From a virus (lineage: Duplodnaviria > Caudoviricetes), in IMG/VR virus record IMGVR_UViG_3300045457_000281, positions 1 to 40,076 of that record: a DNA stretch of 40,076 nucleotides, one strand, 5' to 3'. The position numbers were made by a program, and so were the translations under genes. Each line of letters starts with the position of its first letter. The stretch's first letter is position 1. Below, piece by piece: positions 8,877 to 16,932 of this stretch. The notes beneath the pieces were generated by a model, which made no database searches, was not told the DNA's origin, and saw only the letters and a list, made by a program, of their open reading frames with translations.

Positions 8877-8884
8877 TGGCGAAC

Positions 8885-8982
8885 AAACAGGCTACAATGA
8901 GAAACCAAAACGCTAGCAATAGCGTTTTAAAAGCAAACCGAAAGCCGTTACTCATAACAAATCATTGTAGCCTGTTTTTTTT
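8885..8982 (+). ncRNA. Candidate structured RNA or compound terminator
   Basis: 16-bp perfect inverted repeat (8885-8900/8962-8977) enclosing AAAACGCTA-GCAA-TAGCGTTTT and GTTA-CTCA-TAAC hairpins, ending in T8. Confidence 0.5.
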
Positions 8983-8997
8983 AAAAGGTTAGATCGA

Positions 8998-9162
8998 ATG
9001 AAAGATGACTGGGACAACTTAATTTTGTGGTTAAAAGACATGGGTCTAACGCCAAGCGAAATTGTCAATTTGGTAAGGGCCGAAGTTTTCAGACAATACA
9101 CTGAGACGCAACATAATGACGGCAATAATGACAAAACCAATCAATCCGAACAGACCCATTAA
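8998..9162 (+). CDS. 54-aa hypothetical protein
   Basis: MKDDWDNLILWLKDMGLTPSEIVNLVRAEVF...; AAGG upstream; overlaps the 3' end of the convergent 9089 ORF. Confidence 0.45.
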   Translation: MKDDWDNLILWLKDMGLTPSEIVNLVRAEVFRQYTETQHNDGNNDKTNQSEQTH

Positions 9163-9313
9163 ATTGGCTTTTCATTTCTGACGCGCATCTTTTACAGGGT
9201 ACTTGTTGATAGCTAATAGGTGGCAATCCAAGAAGCTTGCGCAAGGCGTGAAGCGAATCATCATCGTTTTCAAAAATCCAATTTTGTGAATTATATTTTG
9301 TTTCGCGTTTCAC
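9089..9313 (-). CDS. Small zinc-finger protein (CxxC...CxxC)
   Basis: GTG at 9313 overlaps the phosphoesterase stop (GTGA); CKRC and CHYC. Confidence 0.6.
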   Translation of the reverse strand: MKRETKYNSQNWIFENDDDSLHALRKLLGLPPISYQQVPCKRCASEMKSQFNGSVRIDWFCHYCRHYVASQCIV

Positions 9314-9999
9314 AGCAGTTTTCCTTTGGGACCCATGGGTATGAACATGGCTTGTTCCCCATTTACAATGAGACCGCATCCTAGAACAGGCTTTTCAATG
9401 ATATGCTTTCCATAAGCAAATGGGCCGTCTTCGTTTTCCGTATCAATCAAACAGCCAGCGTTAAGCACGAAATGTTTGTAACGTTTCGTTACTGAATAAA
9501 TCACGCCAGCGCGTGAGTGCAAATGACCCAGGACGACGGAGCATTTTAATTTTTGATGAGCAAGATGCCATGAACCCCCTGAGATACCTTCTCCATGAGT
9601 ATAGTAAACGCCATCAATGATGAGATGGTCTCCGGCATAGTGCCAACCCTTGGGCCAACCAAACAACTCGGAATAGCGTTTAATAACCATTCGAGGAAGT
9701 CCGGAGACCAGAACTTTGCGAAAGATTCGAGCCCCGTGATTACTTTCCAAAACATCGACGTTAGGAAATTCTTTATAATATCGAGCAAGGCTTTCTCGGG
9801 CGAGTTCAAGTTCACGCGCTGGTGAATGCAAGTTTGGATCGGCTGGCCACTTTGCAGAGAAGCCATGAAGATCGACTTCATCACCAAGGTTTACAATTCT
9901 GTCCGGTTTAAATTTGTCGCGCACTCGGCAAAGGAAATCGCGTGCATAGCGATGATCCCAAGGTGCGTGCATATCGGGCCAAGCTAGAACGATTGACAC
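9310..9999 (-). CDS. Calcineurin-like metallophosphoesterase
   Basis: DMH, GDEVD, SNH, THG, GHLH metal-binding motifs in the canonical order. Confidence 0.88.
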   Translation of the reverse strand: MSIVLAWPDMHAPWDHRYARDFLCRVRDKFKPDRIVNLGDEVDLHGFSAKWPADPNLHSPARELELARESLARYYKEFPNVDVLESNHGARIFRKVLVSGLPRMVIKRYSELFGWPKGWHYAGDHLIIDGVYYTHGEGISGGSWHLAHQKLKCSVVLGHLHSRAGVIYSVTKRYKHFVLNAGCLIDTENEDGPFAYGKHIIEKPVLGCGLIVNGEQAMFIPMGPKGKLL

Positions 10000-10055
10000 A
10001 GCTTAAGTGTGACAAGATTTTGACAGGCAGCAAGAGGAGCAAAGCGTCATAAATT

Positions 10056-10084
10056 AAAAAAAGAAAAGCCCCAGGGGTGGGGCT
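10056..10084 (-). terminator. Rho-independent terminator on the minus strand
   Basis: AGCCCCA-N4-TGGGGCT stem followed on the minus strand by TTTTCTTTTTTT. Confidence 0.6.
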
Positions 10085-10274
10085 AATCATGCAGGGGTTG
10101 AAAGCATGAGAGTAGCAATGTAATAACTGGTGTCATCTGTTATTTTAAAAAAGGGCAGGGGTCATATGATTAAGAACGGAGATGCTCTTTTATGTGCGAG
10201 AATCGTGACCCCTGCCTCACCATAGAAAGTGATAGCTCGATTTTATCGAGGAAATTTATTTATACTAAGAAAAA

Positions 10275-10718
10275 ATGAATGAGCAGCATCACTTTTCATT
10301 TTCCATCGAACCAAGACCGAAGGGTCGTCATCGAAGTTTTGTTCGCCACAATCGAATGATGCACATTCCTGATCCTCAAACAAAAGTCTTTGAAACTTCA
10401 ATCAAGACAATCGCTCAACTGAAATGGGGAAGCCGAGAAATGCTGCTCGGCCCCATTCGGATGACATTATTGTTTAATCTTTCAAAACCGCCCAAAGGAA
10501 AGAAGGGCAGTAAAATGAAAGAGCCTGCAACCACTCCAGATTTAGATAATTTAATCAAAGCTGTGACAGATGCGCTAAATAGAATTGCGTATCGTGATGA
10601 TGCACAGATTTGTGAAATTTCGGCAAAGAAGGTCTATGTCGAAAAAAACCCCGGGATAGAGGTTTGGTTTGAAGAATACAAAGGGGAAAAGGAATGTCAT
10701 TTGAAGTCACTTGTTTAG
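10275..10718 (+). CDS. rusA: RusA-family Holliday junction resolvase
   Basis: PRPKGRHR N-terminus; PDLDNLIKAVTDALN..YRDDAQI catalytic motif. Confidence 0.92.
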   Translation: MNEQHHFSFSIEPRPKGRHRSFVRHNRMMHIPDPQTKVFETSIKTIAQLKWGSREMLLGPIRMTLLFNLSKPPKGKKGSKMKEPATTPDLDNLIKAVTDALNRIAYRDDAQICEISAKKVYVEKNPGIEVWFEEYKGEKECHLKSLV

Positions 10719-10849
10719 CCATTGCAGCCTTGTGCAACGTCATTGTTTTGGCAAAGGTCATTAAAGACAGAAAAAACGAGCGGAATCGCTTTGCTTTAAA
10801 GGAACTCAAGTCAATTCGAGCAAAGCGCCTGACCACTAAAAATCGTTGA
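10694..10849 (+). CDS. 51-aa single-TM basic protein
   Basis: MSFEVTCLAIAALCNVIVLAKVIKDRK...; purine-rich RBS upstream. Confidence 0.5.
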   Translation: MSFEVTCLAIAALCNVIVLAKVIKDRKNERNRFALKELKSIRAKRLTTKNR

Positions 10850-10879
10850 TTGTAGAGCGTTTTAGAACGTTTGAGGGAT

Positions 10880-10917
10880 AAAAACTAAAAACCCCGGCTT
10901 TTGACCGAGGTTCTTAG
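10880..10917 (-). terminator. Rho-independent terminator on the minus strand
   Basis: Minus strand CTAAGAACCTCGG-N7-CCGGGGTTTTTAG is a 13-bp stem (with G-U pairs) followed by T5. Confidence 0.6.
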
Positions 10918-10980
10918 CTATGAAATGACCTTCTAACTATGAATGATTCAAAACTAACTTAAACGAAGTCAATTTGCACT

Positions 10981-11022
10981 AAAAAAGAAAAGGCCGTCAC
11001 ATTTTTTAATTGCAACGGCCCT
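10981..11022 (-). terminator. Rho-independent terminator on the minus strand
   Basis: Minus strand AGGGCCGTTGCA...TGTGACGGCCTT stem (G-U pairs) followed by TTCTTTTTT. Confidence 0.55.
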
Positions 11023-11114
11023 GTTAGATGTGAAACTTTCTAACAACTTATTTATAGGAGGTTCACAGGGTAATTCGCCCAACACTTCCTGACAATAAAA
11101 AATTTAGGAGATTT

Positions 11115-11666
11115 ATGAGTGATTTGGTTCTTTTTCGTATCAACAATTGGAAAAAACATCAGCACTACCCAGGCGAGTCTAGAAATCAAATTTGGATCAA
11201 GCTTTATAAAGATATTTTGAGATCGGATGCGTGGGTTTCAATGACGGATGCAGAGAAGGGTCAATTGATAGGCTTGATGTTGATCGTTAACAGCTCTGGT
11301 GAATATCGCGTAAATGCTGCGAACATGCTGCGAACATACGGCGAACATACGGCGAACATACGGCAAACAGCTTGCCTGCGTCGTGCTCCAGACTTACGAC
11401 GTTTTGAAAACCTGGGGCTTATCACCATAGAAATTGATTTAAATGAAAGTTCTGCTAGCAACTTGCTAGCAATAGAAGAGAAGAGAAGAGAAGAGAAAAA
11501 AGAAAACACAAAGCTCGATTCGATTACTTCACGAAAATTGGAGAATTTTGGATCAAAAATTAAGCCCGGAAATGAGCAAATTCAGGAAGCAATTAACAAG
11601 GGCATTTTAAAACGCGCCACGCCCCCTCTGGCTCTTTCAGGCCAAGGGGTCGCGGGGGAGGTATAG
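11115..11666 (+). CDS. Phage replication initiator (lambda O/replisome-organiser type)
   Basis: NWKKHQHY and WIKLYKDIL...W..MTDAEKG N-terminal motifs; internal iterons; EEKRREEK segment; AGGAG RBS. Confidence 0.7.
   Translation: MSDLVLFRINNWKKHQHYPGESRNQIWIKLYKDILRSDAWVSMTDAEKGQLIGLMLIVNSSGEYRVNAANMLRTYGEHTANIRQTACLRRAPDLRRFENLGLITIEIDLNESSASNLLAIEEKRREEKKENTKLDSITSRKLENFGSKIKPGNEQIQEAINKGILKRATPPLALSGQGVAGEV
11319..11373. repeat. Five tandem 11-bp iteron-like repeats (GCGAACATACG consensus); candidate origin
   Basis: GCGAACATGCT, GCGAACATACG x3, GCAAACAGCTT; downstream TGCTAGCAA x2 and an (AGAAG)n purine tract at ~11453-11505. Confidence 0.8.
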
Positions 11667-11669
11667 GAA

Positions 11670-11864
11670 ATGATAGAAGTCTTTATGGTGAGCCAAGGAG
11701 GAAGCCACAGAGGGTGTTTTGAAACCTATCAGGAGGCCGAAAAGTATGCAGACGAACTGGCAAGCTTTGGACTTCACATGATCGAAATCGATCAAGACAC
11801 CTACCGACCTACCTGTGATTGCAAATTTCTCCCCACTTTGTCCTTGCCAAATACACAAGATTGA
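11670..11864 (+). CDS. Hypothetical protein (64 aa)
   Basis: GGAGG RBS; follows the initiator. Confidence 0.55.
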   Translation: MIEVFMVSQGGSHRGCFETYQEAEKYADELASFGLHMIEIDQDTYRPTCDCKFLPTLSLPNTQD

Positions 11865-11907
11865 TTGAAATCAAACAACCAAACTAAAATAATTCATTCC
11901 AAGTCCA

Positions 11908-11945
11908 GTGGGGATCGGTTTTAACCCTTCCCCACCCTCTTTTTT
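11908..11945 (+). terminator. Possible rho-independent terminator
   Basis: GTGGGGA...TCCCCAC stem followed by CCTCTTTTTT. Confidence 0.45.
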
Positions 11946-11948
11946 CCA

Positions 11949-11977
11949 TTGAAACTATGCGTCAAGTGAATTAAAAT
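11949..11977 (+). promoter_or_regulatory. sigma70-like promoter
   Basis: TTGAAA-17 nt-TAAAAT; ATG 11985 lies at the expected +1 (leaderless). Confidence 0.6.
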
Positions 11978-11984
11978 AGTTGAC

Positions 11985-12209
11985 ATGGACTTGGTAACCT
12001 CTTCAGACCCTAACAATGTTCTCAAACAAATGAAAATTAAATGCTCCAATTGCGGCACCGTGTGGCTTAAACACTACAAACGCATCGAAAAATGCCTCAC
12101 CCACGGAACCATCAAAGAAACCTATTCAGCTTGGAAACCTTCCAAAGAATTTCATTTCTGCGCCAAACCAAAACCATCACTCGAAGAAACTCGAAAGGAC
12201 TGGCTCTAA
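11985..12209 (+). CDS. Small Zn-ribbon-like protein
   Basis: CSNC, CLTH, HFC. Confidence 0.55.
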   Translation: MDLVTSSDPNNVLKQMKIKCSNCGTVWLKHYKRIEKCLTHGTIKETYSAWKPSKEFHFCAKPKPSLEETRKDWL

Positions 12210-12383
12210 ATGAAATGGTTTACACGCGAACACGAAACACTCTACGTTTGCCTTGATTGCCTCGCTGAAACATGGGTAGTCACAACAAAAATTTGTAAAG
12301 AATGTTTGGGTTTTAATCTCCAAACAGCAGGAGAAATAAACAATGCCACTGAAAAAGGGATACTCGAAGAAAACCATCTCTGA
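12210..12383 (+). CDS. 57-aa zinc-finger protein (not in ORF track)
   Basis: [17 protein letters not shown]...ICKEC; AAGGA RBS; abuts the upstream stop. Confidence 0.6.
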   Translation: MKWFTREHETLYVCLDCLAETWVVTTKICKECLGFNLQTAGEINNATEKGILEENHL

Positions 12384-12477
12384 AAACATTCGCAAAGAGC
12401 GAAAAGCCGGAAAACCTCAAAAACAGGCCGTAGCTATCGCTTTAGACGTTGCCCGCAAAGCTAAAAAGAAAAAATAA
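12343..12477 (+). CDS. 44-aa basic protein of the widespread MPLKKG...KQAVAIAL phage family
   Basis: [44 protein letters not shown]; AGGAG RBS. Confidence 0.8.
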   Translation: MPLKKGYSKKTISENIRKERKAGKPQKQAVAIALDVARKAKKKK

Positions 12478-12635
12478 TGGACGCTCTCAAAGCCTATTAC
12501 AATCTTCAAAAACTCTCCCCACGCGATCCTAACTACATTCCAGAACTTGAACTCTGTGCCAAACAAATGGCCGAAACCATCGAAGCTCTCAACGCTCTAC
12601 TTCAAAAAAAGATCGATGAACTCGAAAACACATAG
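12477..12635 (+). CDS. 52-aa coiled-coil hypothetical protein
   Basis: TAATG coupling; [17 protein letters not shown]...QKKIDELENT. Confidence 0.6.
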   Translation: MDALKAYYNLQKLSPRDPNYIPELELCAKQMAETIEALNALLQKKIDELENT

Positions 12636-12785
12636 GTCAAAACTTTCCTTCTCCTGATCCACTTTATCCCATGACATTTCGCAGCACATTTTTCACCCAC
12701 CGAATTCCCGTAATTCATTAAAGACTTGAAAACACAATTGCTTTAAGAGATTCTGAAATAAGTCTTGACGACGGGAGGATACAAA

Positions 12786-13214
12786 GTGGCTGAACCACGA
12801 AAGAAAGCAAAATTAGACCGGGGTCGCCCGACCAAATTCAAACCTGAATACTGCGAACAACTTGTCGAACACATGAAACAAGGATTTCCTTTTGGAACAT
12901 TCGCGGCCATCATTCATGTCAACGAAGATACCCTTTATGAATGGTGCCATAAGCATGAAAGTTTTTCCGATGCCAAAAAGAAAGGTAAGAAATATCAAGA
13001 ACTCTGGTGGATCAGCATGGGACGACAAGCCGTTATGGGTCAGGTCGAAAATTTTAATAGCACGGCTTTTGTTTGGATGACTAAGAATTTGATCGGATGG
13101 CGAGATAAACATGAAATCGTCGAGCAGCAATCAATCTCAAGAGATTCAAACGATGGACTTGCCGAGCTTCCTCGACTTCTTGAACTATATCGACAAGAAA
13201 CACAGCAGACTTAA
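12786..13214 (+). CDS. terS: Terminase small subunit
   Basis: GRPTKFKPEYCEQL, TLYEW..KH.SFSDA, W.TKN..GWRDK motifs; GGAGG RBS before GTG 12786; upstream of TerL. Confidence 0.85.
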   Translation: MAEPRKKAKLDRGRPTKFKPEYCEQLVEHMKQGFPFGTFAAIIHVNEDTLYEWCHKHESFSDAKKKGKKYQELWWISMGRQAVMGQVENFNSTAFVWMTKNLIGWRDKHEIVEQQSISRDSNDGLAELPRLLELYRQETQQT

Positions 13215-14784
13215 AGCAAAAGAAATACTTCATCGAAGGTGCGGTTATGATTTGGAACTATTTGCGCAGGTCTACTTTCCGCATTATTGTCGATACCGCT
13301 TTAACGAATTTCACCGCGAGTTTTTCAAGGATCACAACCACCATCAACGTAATCTTAGACGTGTATATATTGCGCCTCGAGGATCGGCTAAAAGCACAAC
13401 GGCGACACTTATCGCACCGATTCACGATCTCGTCTTTAAGCGAGAAAAGTTTATCCTCATCATTTCTCACACTCAGGATCAAGCAATTCAAAAGCTCAAG
13501 GATATTCGCAGTGAGCTTTTGGAAAATAATGCTCTTAACGCTGACTTTGGAGGCTTTTTCCAAAGCAAAATGGTTAATGCGTCAGAGTTTACAGCAATTT
13601 GTAATACTCATTCGTGCAAATTTAAAGCGGTCGGAACTGGGACGGAAATTCGTGGGATTCGTCACAAGGAAGCCCGCCCCAGCAAAATTATCTTCGATGA
13701 CATTGAGCACTCTGAACGAGTCGAAAACGAAATACTTCGTAAAAAAGATGCCGAATACTTCTTCGAGGTTGTTTCAAAAGTGGGTTCCGAAGAAACGAAC
13801 ATTGAAGGTGTCGGAACAATACTCCATGAAGACTCTCTCCTTCAAAAATTAAGCAAAAACCCCATTTACGAAACAAAGCTCTATAAAAGCATTATCCAAT
13901 GGTCTGACCGGGAAGATCTCTGGCAAGAATGGCGAAATCTCATGCTGAATCTGGAAGATCCAGACAGAAAGCTGAAAGCTCAAAACTTCTATGAACTCAA
14001 CAAGACTGAGATGCTTAAAAACACAAAAGTCTTATGGCCTGAGAAAGAGGACTATCTTTATCTTCAAAACGAAATCCTTGAAATTGGTAAGCCGGCATTT
14101 CTTCAAGAAAAGCAAAATGAGCCCGTTAACCCTGAAACAAGAGTATTTCAGCAACTTCATTATTATCGCAAAACGTCTAATGGCTTCTTTTTAGAAATGA
14201 ATGAAGAAACAATTCCCTTTGGAGAGCTTAAAAACTTCTGCTTTGGCGCTTTAGATCCTGCTACAGGCCAAACAAAGCCAATTCAAGGCGCAGGTTCTGA
14301 TTATAGTTGTATCGTCGTCGGTTATTTACACCCAAAAACCGGTCGGATTTTTGTTGATGCTGATTGGACCAAAGTTGCTCCACCCAGTGTATTTATTCAG
14401 CAAGTATTCAACATGAATGAAATCTTTCATTTTTCAAAATTTGCGGTTGAAATTAACCTATTCCGTGACTTGCTGATGCAAGACCTCGTTAGGGAGCGGA
14501 AGGAAAGGGAGAAAAGAAATCAGGGTAAACTCATTCAAATGCCTTTTTATGAGATTGAAAACAATGCTCCTAAAAGACAAAGAATCTTTGCGTTAGAACC
14601 AAAGGTCTCTCACGGTTGGATCGTTTTTAATCGTAATTTGTCACAAGAGTTTATTAACCAGATTTCTCAGTTTCCAAATGCCGCTCATGATGACGCGCCC
14701 GATGCGCTAGAGATGCTTTACAATCTCTGTCATAATAAATACCCAGCAAGCCCTGTTAGTATGGATGCGCTGGGTCGTAGATAA
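13153..14784 (+). CDS. terL: Terminase large subunit
   Basis: Walker A APRGSAKST, Walker B IIFDDIE, nuclease LDPA and HDDAPDA. Confidence 0.95.
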   Translation: MDLPSFLDFLNYIDKKHSRLKAKEILHRRCGYDLELFAQVYFPHYCRYRFNEFHREFFKDHNHHQRNLRRVYIAPRGSAKSTTATLIAPIHDLVFKREKFILIISHTQDQAIQKLKDIRSELLENNALNADFGGFFQSKMVNASEFTAICNTHSCKFKAVGTGTEIRGIRHKEARPSKIIFDDIEHSERVENEILRKKDAEYFFEVVSKVGSEETNIEGVGTILHEDSLLQKLSKNPIYETKLYKSIIQWSDREDLWQEWRNLMLNLEDPDRKLKAQNFYELNKTEMLKNTKVLWPEKEDYLYLQNEILEIGKPAFLQEKQNEPVNPETRVFQQLHYYRKTSNGFFLEMNEETIPFGELKNFCFGALDPATGQTKPIQGAGSDYSCIVVGYLHPKTGRIFVDADWTKVAPPSVFIQQVFNMNEIFHFSKFAVEINLFRDLLMQDLVRERKEREKRNQGKLIQMPFYEIENNAPKRQRIFALEPKVSHGWIVFNRNLSQEFINQISQFPNAAHDDAPDALEMLYNLCHNKYPASPVSMDALGRR

Positions 14785-14831
14785 TGTTTTATTACATTTT
14801 AAGCTGACTATGGCAGTATAGTTGAGGGAGA

Positions 14832-16316
14832 ATGAGCACAATGTTGGTGCCAAAAAGAAATGATCGGGTGGGGATGAGAATTAAAAATAATCTCGGAATC
14901 ATTCGATATAACAACACTCTCAATCATTCCAAAGAGGGTTTTGTTTATAGAAATAAAGATTTACACAAATACGATCTTTATTACGAAAATAAACAACACG
15001 ATGACAAGCAGCCATGGGATCAAAGCTGTGATTCCGCTGACTATGTTCAAATCAGAAAACGACAACCAAGAATACAGTTTCCATTTTCCAAAGTTTTAGC
15101 CTCAAGAGTAGTAGGCAAATTGGTTGGTCAAGATACTTGGCCTACATTTGTTGCTGAACAAGATCCCGACACAGACGCCTATTTGCGTTGGATTATTAAA
15201 GTATCGCATTTGCAAACTAATCTCTTTGAACCACTTCGACGAATGATGGTTTCAGGATCAGTTTTTGTACGTTTCGGCGTTATTAACGGGGCATTTGCTT
15301 TAAAATACGAACTTGCAAAACATTGTTATCCCACATTAGCGCCCGATGGATCATTAGAATCCATGACTGTAGCGTATGTCTACGAAGACAAAGAAGATGT
15401 AGACCACAATCAAAAGCCTAAAAAGAAATGGTACAGAGCAGATTATGGACCCGATGCAGATATTTTGTTTGAGCCTGTTTTGTATGTTAAGGGCCAAAAA
15501 CTTGATGAGGTTGAATGGACAATCGCCGAAACAGCAGAGCATGGACTAGGCTTTGTTCAAGGCGAATGGTTTAGGACTTTTGTTGGTTCAGAAGGAATTG
15601 ATGGCGCCAGCTTAATCGCCGATATTCTCGATTTTATGGATGAGATTGACTACAACATGAGTCAATCGTCACAAGTCATTCAATACAATCAAGACCCGCA
15701 ATTGTTAATTAAGGGACTTACTGAGGATGATCTTGAAACTTTAGTAAGAAGCTCTCAAAAAGCATGGAATTTAGGTCGGGAAGGTGAGGCCTCATTTCTT
15801 GAAACTGGCTTACAAGCGGTTGAAGTCGCCCGGGACTTTCGAGACAGAGTAAGACTTTCGGTCCAAGACATTGCGCGCATTGTTCTTATGGACCCCGAAA
15901 AAATGGCTTCTCATGCACAATCGGGGCGAGCCCTTGAGATTTTGCATCAGCCGATGGTCGAATTGATTCAAGAATTGCGACCAAGCATCGAGATGGCTTT
16001 AGTTTCTCTTGTTCGCAAAATGGCTTTGGTTAATCTTTTAATAGCCAATTCAGGAGGTTCAAGCCCTGTTTCAGTGCCGCCAGGTTATCAGCCAAAAACT
16101 TTACAAATTGATTTAAAATGGCCCGCTGTATTTGCGAAATCCATTGAGGACTTACAAAAAAAGGTCTCGGTGGCGTCGCAGGTATCAAGCGCAAAACTTA
16201 TTTCAAGGGAAACGCTAACTCGATGGTTGGCACAAGATTTTCAAATTGAAGATGTTGAATTAGAATTACAAAAAATAGCCGCCGAACCGGTACTCAACCC
16301 ATTCGGTGGATTTTAA
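14832..16316 (+). CDS. Portal protein (SPP1-like)
   Basis: 494 aa immediately after TerL; SGRALEI and LISRET motifs. Confidence 0.85.
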   Translation: MSTMLVPKRNDRVGMRIKNNLGIIRYNNTLNHSKEGFVYRNKDLHKYDLYYENKQHDDKQPWDQSCDSADYVQIRKRQPRIQFPFSKVLASRVVGKLVGQDTWPTFVAEQDPDTDAYLRWIIKVSHLQTNLFEPLRRMMVSGSVFVRFGVINGAFALKYELAKHCYPTLAPDGSLESMTVAYVYEDKEDVDHNQKPKKKWYRADYGPDADILFEPVLYVKGQKLDEVEWTIAETAEHGLGFVQGEWFRTFVGSEGIDGASLIADILDFMDEIDYNMSQSSQVIQYNQDPQLLIKGLTEDDLETLVRSSQKAWNLGREGEASFLETGLQAVEVARDFRDRVRLSVQDIARIVLMDPEKMASHAQSGRALEILHQPMVELIQELRPSIEMALVSLVRKMALVNLLIANSGGSSPVSVPPGYQPKTLQIDLKWPAVFAKSIEDLQKKVSVASQVSSAKLISRETLTRWLAQDFQIEDVELELQKIAAEPVLNPFGGF

Positions 16317-16326
16317 GGGAGGAAAA

Positions 16327-16521
16327 ATGGAATCAGAAACTATTAAGTCAAACGGTATGTTGCCTAGAAAAAATGATCCGGCTCAAGTGAAGCCTGTTTC
16401 ACACGGAACATTGTCACCGGTAAATCCTAATGAACAATCGGATGTTGCAATGAAGTATTCTAATACTGGTAAAGCTCACAAAGCCAATATGAATATGGGT
16501 ATGAATCCTAATCAAGATTAG
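16327..16521 (+). CDS. 64-aa low-complexity hypothetical protein
   Basis: GGAGG RBS before ATG 16327. Confidence 0.55.
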   Translation: MESETIKSNGMLPRKNDPAQVKPVSHGTLSPVNPNEQSDVAMKYSNTGKAHKANMNMGMNPNQD

Positions 16522-16532
16522 TTGAGGATTTT

Positions 16533-16931
16533 ATGGAACAGCAAAAGGTTAAATTTATTCGCAAAGGCGGACGAATTATCCCTATCCGAGAAAAAAATGG
16601 CGCTTCAAAACAAAAGCCATCAAAAGCGCCTAATAAACAGCCAATCAAATCCGCCCTGCCTAGTGGTATTCTTATGTCTCGCATTGGTGTAAAAAAAGTG
16701 ACGGCAAAAGAAAGATTCGCTGAAGGGGCTAAAGGCGGAGCAGTGGCTGGCGCTATTATGGGTGGAGCTATTGGTGCAGTGTCGGGATTGGCCGCAAAAG
16801 CCCCCGGAAAAAAATTAGCTTTAAAATTTGCAACCACTGCGATTGCAGGAGGAGCGGCCCTGGGCGCTAGTATGTTTGGCCTAAGTCGTACGGCTTTTGG
16901 ACCAAGAAAAAAACTATATATTAAAAAATAA
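16533..16931 (+). CDS. Basic protein: N-terminal FIRKGGRIIPIR tag + glycine-zipper helices
   Basis: GAGG RBS; GGAVAGAIMGGAIGAVSG and AIAGGAALGASMFG segments. Confidence 0.8.
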   Translation: MEQQKVKFIRKGGRIIPIREKNGASKQKPSKAPNKQPIKSALPSGILMSRIGVKKVTAKERFAEGAKGGAVAGAIMGGAIGAVSGLAAKAPGKKLALKFATTAIAGGAALGASMFGLSRTAFGPRKKLYIKK

Positions 16932-16932
16932 A

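Noticed and set aside
8885-8982. Hammerhead ribozyme or tRNA
   Set aside because: No CUGANGA core on either strand, and no T-loop/cloverleaf pattern.
11319-11373. CRISPR-like mini-array
   Set aside because: Repeats are 11 bp and contiguous with no spacers; no cas genes are present.
13247-13852. 201-aa alternative-frame ORF inside terL, and the many short antisense ORFs in the track
   Set aside because: Fully nested in well-supported genes with no recognisable motifs or RBS; treated as shadow ORFs.
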